DNA of 62,605 nucleotides, counting the filler, from Porpidia crustulata (taxonomy: Eukaryota): NCBI GenBank assembly GCA_964255105.1. It is 7 parts of 7 records of this genome, joined end to end, with 100 filler letters (N's around TTAATTAATTAA, not from the genome) between each part and the next. Parts side by side here need not be neighbours in the genome. Positions count along the whole stretch, not along the records: positions 1 to 8,880 come from CAXUWE010001035.1; positions 8,981 to 17,852 come from CAXUWE010001036.1; 5 more parts are not named here. One strand, 5' to 3'. Made by a program: the position numbers and the translations under genes. Within the stretch, counting starts at the first letter, position 1. Each line of letters starts with the position of its first letter. Shown piece after piece: positions 1-9,743 of this stretch. The notes beneath the pieces are model-generated. The model made no database searches. It saw only the letters and a list, made by a program, of their open reading frames with translations, and had not been told where the DNA came from.

Positions 1-224
1 AGCTTGTGTGGTAACCTGTGGAAGAGAGATGAGGTTGTAGTTTCGGGTGGTTGAAGGGCGGGCGGGTAAGGCTAGACACGTGATCTCGAATTTTGATCAT
101 CGACATGCACCCCTCAGCCGGTCGTTACCTAGGGTTAGGGCTCAACATATATCTTAGCCTAGGGTGCCCGATTGAGGGATACAGGGTGTAGGTGTATCCC
201 TCACTGTCACGACCGTGTCGTGAA

Positions 225-790
225 TATAAACGAGACGAAAATCATGCTGAGCATGTTCAGCTTCATCAAACTCCCTGTCGATAAGACTGACACGCGAGAC
301 TATATCGAAAGTATTACCATCAACGATAAATATTTAAAACTTCTTAAAATCTGATCGTCTACGATTCATAGAAATCATTAAACAACATATTCCAACCCTA
401 AATGACTCTATGCATGCTTCGAATCCGGATTTACCGACTTCTATATCAATCTGCAGTGACTCAAGTGTGTGTTTGGTCCCCGTACTATAAAACTGATTAT
501 CAAAAATCACGAAGGCAGATATAAAACGATTTCTGAATGCATGAGACTCGAGATCTTGAAGTTTTGTTTCGAAAACAGAATTATTGTATGCCGTATGTTC
601 ACTCACATCTTTCACGATCTCTAGTTCATATCGTAGTGTTTAGTTCGCTGAAGACAGTCTATCGCGAACAGGTTGAACAAATGGAGCGAGGCGTGAACAC
701 AATCGGCAAGCAACTTTTCACTTATCTGTACAGCTGTGCAAGAGAAGGAACGTTCATCAAGCAGGACATTCTCGCAGGATGGAGAGGCAA
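225..790 (+). mobile_element. Degenerate pogo/Fot1-type (Tc1/mariner superfamily) DDE transposase fragment
   Basis: Broken reading frames give NETKIMLSMFSFIKLPVDKTDTRDY, YACFESGFTDFYINLQ*LKCVFGPRT and VFSSLKTVYREQVEQMERGVNTIGKQLFTYLYSCAR. These resemble the DDE_1 region of fungal pogo transposases. Stops, frameshifts and many G>A/C>T-type changes are present. Confidence 0.75.
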
Positions 791-932
791 TTTGAACGTT
801 GATCACTAGACTGAAAATACTGGACTGTATCTCAGTTCGGTGTGATGACTTCTAAATAACTAGACAGCGGTTTATTCCCATTCAATCCTGCAAGAGTTCT
901 CGCAGATACGTCAAAGTCTCCTACTGAATTAA

Positions 933-1510
933 TCATTCCGGAAGCCGATGAGGTAAAGAAGGATACTTGTCCGCACTACGAAGCACTGTCAACGCCCATA
1001 GTTCTGGCGCAATTTCCACCTCCTCAACCTGCGCTTCGCTCATCCGCACATCTTTGGTCTTTGACTCTGGCGCACCTGCCTCTTTCGAACTTTTGCACTT
1101 CCGGCCATGATTTTCCTTGCCTGCGGGGGCGACTTTCTTGTCCTTTTTCGCGCTCTTCTTGGCCTCATTCGCAGCCTCTTTCACAGCACGCTCCGCTCGT
1201 GCCTTCTCGAGGTTCTCATAGCTCATCACTCTCACATTCTCTAATATCACTGACTTGATCGATTGATGAACTTTGCCTTCATCATTGATGTTGATCAAGA
1301 ATTGATTTCGATCCTCAAGGAGAGCGTTCTTGGCAAGAAATTTCTGGGCGGTAGTGATGACCTTCTGTTGGGACCTCTATTGATGCTGTCTGCTCGTCTC
1401 ATCATCAGGAGCCTGTTTGATCATATCAAGTAGCGACGTCAGAGTTTCTGCTGACACTGACATCACGGAGAGCCCCAGTGGCGTGGATGTGGTAGCGGAG
1501 GATGTGGAAG
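933..1510 (-). mobile_element. Degenerate pogo/Fot1-type transposase C-terminal fragment
   Basis: VSAETLTSLLDMIKQ...KNALLEDRNQFLININDEGKVHQSIKSVILENVRVMSYENLEKARAERAVKE resembles the C-terminal coiled-coil tail of fungal pogo transposases. It contains an internal stop. Confidence 0.65.
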
Positions 1511-1966
1511 ACGAGACTCGCGTTCTTTTACTGATTAATTACTTAGCAATTAATGAGAGAGTTTATTATCGTCGCTCTTTCGACACAATAATCGTACGGA
1601 CAGACGACCAATTGTAGATAGAGACCGGTCTTTGGTGTCCCTCTGTCCTGCTCGTCATGTCCTGCGATAACCGTTCCCATTACAGAGGAGTGCAGATACA
1701 TCTGGGACTTCGTGCTCTTTATTTATACTATCAATTAATCAGTAAGGAATGACTGTAGAATTACAATCGACGTGGTTGATTTTACATTTACTCTATTAAA
1801 ATCGATCGTTGTTCACACCATTGTTTGAAGCACCTCGGTCATAGAGATACAGCGCATCTTTATGCAGTCTTGGACCGACTTATCCCGAGTGAATGGTGTC
1901 TTTTCATCATTCACCTAATTCTTTCATCATGTCTTTATATCCTCGTCTCCTTTCTCCTGTAGAATG

Positions 1967-4347
1967 TTACCGAACTTTACTAGCTTCAGCGTTCTTAATC
2001 GAACATTCAAGTTCTGTTGAGACGCAAATTTTGCGTGAACGAAGCAGAAAGTTCCATATTTCTTGACTTCGAGCATTTAGCATGACGTGATGCTTTATCC
2101 GGTCGGTCTCGTTTCTTTTGATAGTTGCTGAATCACTTGCTGCAGAAGAACTAATCTTGGATTCTTCTATCTGCCATTCAGTCAATGCTCTGGAAGAAAA
2201 CAGCGTATCGGGATGATTGGCGCCTAAGAATCGGGTTTGCAGATTTGCACATTCAGTCATTAAATCGAAAGCCTTTACATTTCGATCCTGGCGTTTTCAG
2301 ATGAGGGCAACATTTTTCATGCTGGTCAGCGTCTCAGGATGCTCCTCGCTTAGCACCCGCTTACTTGTCTCCGTTACTCGTATCTCCAGCGCTTCCGCCT
2401 CCTTNNNNNNNNNNNNNNNNNNNNNNNNNNNNNNNNNNNNNNNNNNNNNNNNNNNNNNNNNNNNNNNNNNNNNNNNNNNNNNNNNNNNNNNNNNNNNNNN
2501 NNNNCCAGCGCTTCCGCCTCCTTTCAGCGTTCTTGATTGCAGTATGTCGAGGCTAGATTGCCCATGCTGACCAGCGTGTGAGGATGCTCCTCGCTCAGCA
2601 CCCTCTTCGTTGTCTTCGTCGCTCGCATTTGCAGCTCTTTGGCTTCCTTTTAACGACCCGCCGAGCTATATGCTACGTCTGTAATTAACATACTTCTCAG
2701 AGTCTCCTCATCTTCTTGACCGAATATTTTCTTCCTGGCTTTCATTGCCAATTCAAACAGGTTGACGGCTTCAGTTGTACTTCCTTTACTCCACGCGTAC
2801 CAGGCTACATTTTGTAATAGTGAAGCTCATTCTCTCAATGACTTGTCCTCCGTTGGCCGTAGTTTGACTGCCGACTTCACATGAAGAAAGAGTGCTCGGC
2901 AGTATGTTCAAGTCTCGTAGCTCCCGATCGGAAATTCGGCGAAAAGGTTCTCAATGTAACACTGCATTCACTGCTCGAACTTTTCGTTGGCTTTCAATCA
3001 TTCTCGCGTTGTCAGTTGTACTAGTGCATGCATTTCAAAGATCCGATTTGTATCGACGGACAGAAATGAGTAGTTTCTTAAAATCTGCACGTCATCTTCA
3101 AACCCGTCGTTCTCACTGCATTTCGATTTATTATCCTCATCATCTTCCTCTTCTTCTCTGTCATCATGCTTACCGAACTTTTCTTGGCCTCTGTGATTAT
3201 TTTCAATTTCGGCTCGCTTCCGGACCAGGACTTCAGGAATGCCTTGTCGATCAAAGAAGCTCATCAACGAGAGTAGATCAGCTGCGGATGCCCTGTTCCG
3301 TTCTATGTGCTCGAACGAGATCTGCCACGTGATAATGATGAAGTTTTTGGCCTCCTAGTCTCTCCGGAGGTGACCTCCTTCGCGATTCAGGAAACTCGTT
3401 TTTTGTGATCGCTGATGCGAAATTCTTCCAGATATTGCTGTACGGAGCACCGCGGTGCTCGCTGAGAGATGCATGCCGCCGCTTGCACGATGGCCAGCGG
3501 CATAAAATCCAGTACTGCTGCGAGATCGGCGATATGGTTGTCTTCGCCTATCGCTCCTAGCTTCTTCTCGAACAGTGTCAGCGCGTGCGACTCCTTCATC
3601 GGTGATACTGCAATTGTTTCCTTCTCTTTCACTAGCTTCAACGCAACGGCCTGGCTCCGACTGGTAACCAGGATCGACCCATTTTGGCTCTGAGGGAGAT
3701 ACGCTGTCATCGGCTGCTGAGATTCACCATCCACGCCAGTCCCTTGCCCTCCCTGGCCAGCATCTCCAGTCTCAGAAAGAAGATCAATATTGTCGACGTT
3801 ATCGAGGATCAGCAGCCACTTTCCCTCGCACCCGCGAAGCCAGTCGTGCACCAACTTGAATATATTAGCCTTCGGATCCTCCCGTCCTGCAATCTTGGTC
3901 ATGTTTGCAATATCTCGATAGCCCTGCTCGAATCGAGGTGTGTTACTCGCGTGAACCCAGAAAACCCATGTATCCGGTGACCGGTCCCGGGTGCGGTGGG
4001 CATATTCAATAGCAAGTTGAGACTTCCCCACGCCACCCAGGCCGACAAGCGCTGCGCGACCGGCTGGTTGTGAGCATCGTTGATCGACTCGTGAGAGGAG
4101 ATCGCCGCGGTCGACAAAATCGGGATCGCGTCGAAAAGGAACGTTAGAGATGGGTTTCGGAGGGCGGCTTGCTAGATATAAGTTTAGCCTTAGGCCTTTG
4201 AAAATTACACACAAATCCAGTATACTGACATTTGCGCGTGCCAATGGCCACATTTGTCAAATTTGGGAAATGTCCTGCAAGTGCGATGCTGTGGTCAGTC
4301 GCGGACGTGTCGCTGATGTGCTGGTGGGACAGCTGAGCGCTCGACAT
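1967..4347 (-). pseudogene. Fungal NLR (N-terminal amyloid motif + NB-ARC + TPR repeats), 3' half disrupted
   Basis: Exon 1 4347-4230 (MSSAQLSHQHISDTSATDHSIALAGHFPNLTNVAIGTRK) is followed by a GT-AG intron 4229-4172 that splices in frame to SRPPKPISNVPFRRDPDFVDR. Walker A is GLGGVGKSQLA, Walker B is WLLILDNVD, and a MPLAIVQAA motif follows. TPR units read LSEEHPETL and LGANHPDTL. There is a frameshift near 3395 and in-frame stops at 3355, 2998, 2968, 2908, 2827, 2650 and 2524. Confidence 0.9.
2405..2504. other. Scaffold gap (100 N) within the TPR array
   Basis: Both flanks carry CCAGCGCTTCCGCCTCCTT (KEAEAL on the minus strand), consistent with unresolved near-identical TPR repeats. Confidence 0.9.
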
Positions 4348-4547
4348 TGGTCCTTGCCTTGTCTATCGGATTCGCGACTTATGAAGAATTCATTATACTT
4401 TGGCGTAAATCCCTCCGTAATACGACTTGGGATGCTTTGGCTACGAAGTCAAGGCGGCCGCTGGATATCTGCACCTCTTGCGATGCATGTCGCAAGCTCA
4501 AGCTGGGCCGGAGACGGTGGCGGAGTCCCCCTGTCCAATTGCAGCAT

Positions 4548-4605
4548 TCAACAAGGCTGCCGATTGCCACGTATTCAAAAGGGTCAATAAGGCTGCCGAT
4601 TGCCA
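4548..4605. repeat. 22-bp direct repeat in the divergent NLR/effector intergenic region
   Basis: TCAACAAGGCTGCCGATTGCCA (4548-4569) and TCAATAAGGCTGCCGATTGCCA (4584-4605), one mismatch. Confidence 0.85.
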
Positions 4606-4701
4606 ATGCATTGATATGGGTCAACGTCCGTCGCATTTGATACAGCGACAGCTCAAGTCTTTGTTTGTACGTATTTCCGGTCCAGAAACTTCAATTTGAA
4701 A

Positions 4702-5735
4702 ATGACTGACCCACTTAGTATTACTGCTTCGGTGGTAGCCATCACTACCGCTGCCATTGGGAGCGTCAAGTTCCTTCATACCACAATTGGCGATATCAAG
4801 GATGTTCCCACTGCCCTGGGAAACATTAGAACTGACCTCGAAGCAGTCGAGCCAATACTTCAGGTGCTGCATACAGAATTGGAAAGCGAAGACTCTCAAG
4901 TGCTCCTGATTGATGACATTAAAGGGGCCGTAGAGAACTGTCACTCAGCCTGCACCACATTCAAAAAAAGGCTTGATCATTGGATGAGACACGCTACCAA
5001 AAACAAGGCGTTCTGGGCTGAGTGGACTGATCGATTAAGAGTCGGTATGTTTGAGCAGGGAACAATCAACGTCTTCAGAGGACGACTCAACGATTGCAAG
5101 AGTACACTTAATGTGACGCTGAATACCTCCTCAGTGTAAGACTATGTCAAAGATACCTTACTAGATTTGTACAGCTTCAGCTTGCCGATTGCTCTGATAG
5201 GCTTACAGTGGCCCGTCAAGGCTTTATAATGAAACAGGTGAAAGATTCCATGCTCAAGGACAATGAAGTACGCCTTGATGAAGAGAAATCTCGAGCAAAC
5301 CACGAGTTAGCAGCAATCGAGAGCTCCATGAAACAGCTCTCAGTCAGTATTCGTCACGAGATCAACGAAGAGTCGAAGCGGAATCTGAAACAGCTGTTCG
5401 AGGAGATGCAGGAACAGAAGGCCTTCAACGAAGTCTTTCGAAAGACTTGCGACGAAGCGCTCCTAAAAAGCAAGAACGTTCATGATGAGATCGAGCAGGA
5501 AATCAAGAATACCAAAGCAGACAACAACAGTAGAGCTGTGGCTGGACTCATAAATACTTCTGAATTTCGGAAGATCAAGCAAAATATATCAGATACTTCT
5601 GCTACAGAAGGAAGCTTTGCTGGCGCTGGAATTATTCAGGGTCTGGACCTTTCGATTCCAAGCTCAAGGAATCAAACAGCAACGACTTCGGTCTCATTGT
5701 TTGATTATGCTGCTGTGGAGTTACCGAGTTCTTGA
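4702..5735 (+). CDS. HeLo-like/SesA-type N-terminal domain protein with a C-terminal two-repeat HET-s-related amyloid motif (about 322 aa)
   Basis: The N-terminus MTDPLSITASVVAITTAAIGSVKFL is typical of HeLo-like domains. Intron 5136-5200 (GTAAGA...TAG) joins the two ORFs in frame. C-terminal pseudo-repeats are QEIKNTKADNNSRAVAGLIN and QNISDTSATEGSFAGAGIIQ. Confidence 0.85.
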
Positions 5736-5795
5736 ACGCAGACATTATCACATACGGAATTCGTTCATGGGGAACTACGACATTTAAGAGTCATG

Positions 5796-5917
5796 TGTTA
5801 TGAACCCTATTGATATATCTAGTAGTATATGGGCTAAGTCTAACGGCTTAGTATAATGACTTAGCATAGTATAGGTAATGACTTCCAGGTTAGTATAGTA
5901 CATCAAGTTCCATAACA
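5796..5917. mobile_element. Possible RIP-degraded solo LTR
   Basis: Bounded by TGTTATG...CATAACA inverted termini (TG...CA) with a strongly TpA-rich interior. No matching target-site duplication was seen. Confidence 0.45.
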
Positions 5918-6507
5918 ACTTCATCTGTCAACAATTTTCTTCCATAAAGTTGTAGCTTTTGATGCTTATATCAAAGTTCAACATAATTTGATTATCACAT
6001 AGATTTGCATCCACTGTTCTCTACGACGACTTGTAATTCGATAAAGAATTGGATTTATCTTGAATATCAAGAGTCGAAATGATAATGATTCATCTACAGA
6101 AAATTAATACGCTCGCGTAGGCAAGTAGTAAAAGAAAGTTGGTTTTCCAGTTACATCTTTCGTGGTGACTTATTGAGAATTAAGAAGTCTTGGTGTTTTT
6201 GTGAAATCGTTTGGAATCTGGAATCGGCATTGACTTTTGTATCCGACCCTCGTAACCGCAATGACTATTTATCTTGTATACCAAGTGTATTGGTCACTCG
6301 GGTTTCCATGGAGTGGACATTCAAACCGCTTACAGTGCTACCATATCGACCACAGAATCGGAAAAGCTGATGTGGTTCACTTCGCTGGTTATCTATTCCT
6401 AATACTAAGAGTTTCGCTACGTGCTAGCAATCCATCGACGAAGTAGGCCTGAATGCATGTCATAACATGTACAGATTTCCCTCAAATAGCATTCCACCGA
6501 TCTGTGA

Positions 6508-7361
6508 CTATATGCTGAGGGCCATGATGGAATTGACAATATCGTTATCATTCTAGAACGCTCGTTAGCAAATTCGACACGGAAGTTTCGACAAAGGTAC
6601 AAGGGGTTACCTCTTTCAAAGCCTTGACAGCCTTCTTTTTCGAGACGCTGGCTTGAGCCATGACCAATTCAATGTCTTTGGCTTCTAGTCCGGTGTCATC
6701 GACCTCCTCGTCATCGTCCTCCTCCTCCTCCTCCTTGGTATGATCTCCATCCTCGATGGCTTTGCCCTTGTCCTTTGCGTGGTCGTGACCTGCGTGTGGG
6801 TCTTTAGCACCGCTATCTCCTTGTGACGTAATTTTCTTAGGCGGCCCCTCGGGCATCTGGGAGCTTAGATCTTCAATCTTGGCTTCGCCGAAGATGCTAG
6901 GGTTTCAAGTTAGCCATATTTGAATCTGGAATGGGACATGTAGCATACATCCAGGTGTTGCTCGACGGAGATTTGTAGACGTCTGGCTGGTTTATGACAA
7001 AGAGAATCTGTTGATCTAATCAGCCCTTCGTACATGGTCTACACCTTAAAAAAGCCTTGAGCACTGCAAAGCATGTCCAAGCGGTCAACATATCGGTTTT
7101 GCTGTAACTCACATTCTTAGGTCTCCTCAAAGTAACCCTTGTAATTCCTGGAACATGTTTCAAGCCCAACTTGGCAATTGATTTTCTAGCCTTCTTCTCA
7201 TTACGCGAGTGTACTGTAACAGAAGATCCCCCAGTTATTCCAATCTCTTCTCCACCTGCAGCTTCCGGCTCAGAGTCGGAGCTACTCGAAGCATCGTCGA
7301 CATCTGCGCCCTTCTTCGCCGGCGGGTCATCCGGAAGTTCCTCGATTCGGGGATTGGACAT
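6508..7361 (-). CDS. EGD2: Nascent polypeptide-associated complex alpha subunit
   Basis: [11 protein letters not shown]...[56 protein letters not shown] and a UBA tail [38 protein letters not shown]. Three GT-AG introns. Confidence 0.95.
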
Positions 7362-8880
7362 CTTGAAGGGAGCTCTGCATTGTGGAAACATGAATTAGCA
7401 AAGCCATTTCTCCAAATCTTAAGCTACTCTCTCGTGACGGTATTGTTCAAGTACAATCCGAAGTCACCTATTCAAAGGAACCGGCAAGAGATTTAGACAT
7501 ACCTTAGATAAAATATGACCCAAAGTGAGCTGGTGGCAGCAGCGTAAAGCCCCAGGGCGGTTCCCTCGAGAGTTTAGCGAGTGCGGCGCTCGATCGGGCT
7601 TAGCTAGCACAGACGTTGTCAATCGAATGTCGACCACTCAGAGCAATTCTGTTCATCACATCGTGTACAGTTATTTTCCGCTTACATGGGCAAGCTGTGA
7701 AGTTCTTTACAGGAGCAAGATTGCTCCTTTCTCGGCGAAAACGTATTGGATTATCCATACCTCCATGACCTCTCGTCGGCCACGTCCCGGAAGCGACAAT
7801 GTCCCCCATCCTACCAGTTGCCAACGTGCCTGTCTTCAGCTACATATGAATATCATCATCCCAGACCCAGACCTCACTCAATTCAAGATCAACCAATCCA
7901 TATATCATCGACATAGCGCCACTACTGAGTCACTTTGCACTAGTATGTGGCCTTGGTGGAGTATCTCTCTCGAGCCAGCGTCTGTTCTACGCAACAAACT
8001 TTATGAGGCTGTGATGTCTATCCAATTATCTAGCTTGCGCAGTGGTGCCATCCTGCCATGGGAAGAAATCTCGTATTTTTACGCTTGTATCTCCAGTCTT
8101 GTTTCTGCTGCACGTTCTATCCTACTGTACATGGCTGTCATCAAATTACTGCCATCTTCCTCTATCTCATCCGCCAAATACTAAGTTACTTCTCGGTCAA
8201 AACAGCAACCTTCTTTAACACATCGACTCGCTCACCTTCAAGTCGAGTCTACTTAGGTCTTTCTCTCTGACTTGAGTACGTCTAGTTCTTCACTTGCGAC
8301 GCTTTATTATTGTATTCGCTTTACCGTCACGGCCCGCTACCCTAGCTGAGATCAATACGAGGTGAAGGCTGAAGATTGGTGGACATGGCCCATTGTTTAG
8401 CTGTGTCAATTCCGCATGCGGTCGCCTGTCTTAGTCAAGCAGTTCACGGGGGGCTTATAGACGTACGATGTTTTTGGTCATGCTCCAACGCCTTCTAACT
8501 CAAAAGTGGAGCGGGCAGGGCAGTTTTAGCCGAAGCCTCTACAATTTACGTTTTGCCCGGGATTTGTTTGCAGCGTTCTTCGTACAGTTTGCTCGTCTGA
8601 AAGTCATCAGCTCCGCGTCCATGGCCAATCCAGCCAGAAGCCCCGGTCAGCATCGTATGGTCGCTGTGCTTTCTTTGGGTATATAATAATCGAGGGTTTT
8701 CCCATCTTCAACATAACCTTGCACTCTATTAAGTTCAAAGTCACTCAAATCTGCAAAACCAAGCTATTCAAAGCAAAACATTACTATGAAGCTCCTCTTT
8801 GCGCTACTTTTTAGCATTGGGTAATCCTAACTTTCCTACCATCCGTTACCGTGCACAATCACCGCATCATACCTCAAAAG

Positions 8881-8980
8881 NNNNNNNNNNNNNNNNNNNN
8901 NNNNNNNNNNNNNNNNNNNNNNNNTTAATTAATTAANNNNNNNNNNNNNNNNNNNNNNNNNNNNNNNNNNNNNNNNNNNN
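8881..8980. other. Artificial contig linker (N44-TTAATTAATTAA-N44)
   Basis: Six-frame stop spacer, identical at six places in the window. Confidence 0.98.
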
Positions 8981-9743
8981 GTACAGAACTAGAAGGTTGA
9001 GTGGCCAGGTGGTCACATAAGACAGGGGTAGGGCAGAGCCCTACCACTAGATCCAATCCATCCATTCACACCGACTAGATAATGAGGAGGTTAGGCCTTC
9101 GTCCTACCGCACTTTCCAACAAAAAGCATCAAAATCTTCGAATAAAAAGAATTTATGCTCAATGCCGCAAAGCGCTAGATAAATTGATTTGGATATTGAA
9201 TACAAAATGATCCGTTATAAAGAATGAAGATTTTCCGATTCCAAAGCCTGTATGGATACACCACTCGCGCTTTTCTTGAATTTCGCACCCATAAAAAGGT
9301 CACATTCCTAGACTTGCGGCAGATTCTCTCTAAAACTATCAATGTAATGATAGGAAAAATACGAAAACAATCTTACCTGTCTGGCATCAGAACAAGCCAA
9401 TATTCCTGCATGAATCTAGGGAAATCCACATGACTCGAGGGCAAGCGAGAAGATTACGTGTGGCAAAGAAAAAAGGAATGGTGGCAATCGGAATTTATTC
9501 TGTCATGGCTACCTACCAACATAGCCCAGGAGCGATTGAAAAAGCCCCCTGCCTACGCCCAAGCTAATATCTCCCTTCCCATTCCGTATTCATCGTGACT
9601 GCCGCCCGCACGGCTTCCCAAACCCTTGAGCATCGTCATGTACAAGAAAACCCTTCAATCCAAATGCACACGCCCGTCATAAATGTACCTAATCCGAGTC
9701 CCCAACGCCATCTCCCAATGCCCCGAGGACGACGCCAATACCA

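Noticed and set aside
4379..4699. Short ORFs in the NLR/effector intergenic region as a possible extra N-terminal NLR domain
   Set aside because: No recognisable domain. The ATG at 4347 with a clean in-frame intron explains the NLR start.
7525..8686. ORFs of 70-219 aa upstream of EGD2
   Set aside because: No motifs or coding-like composition; probably chance ORFs.
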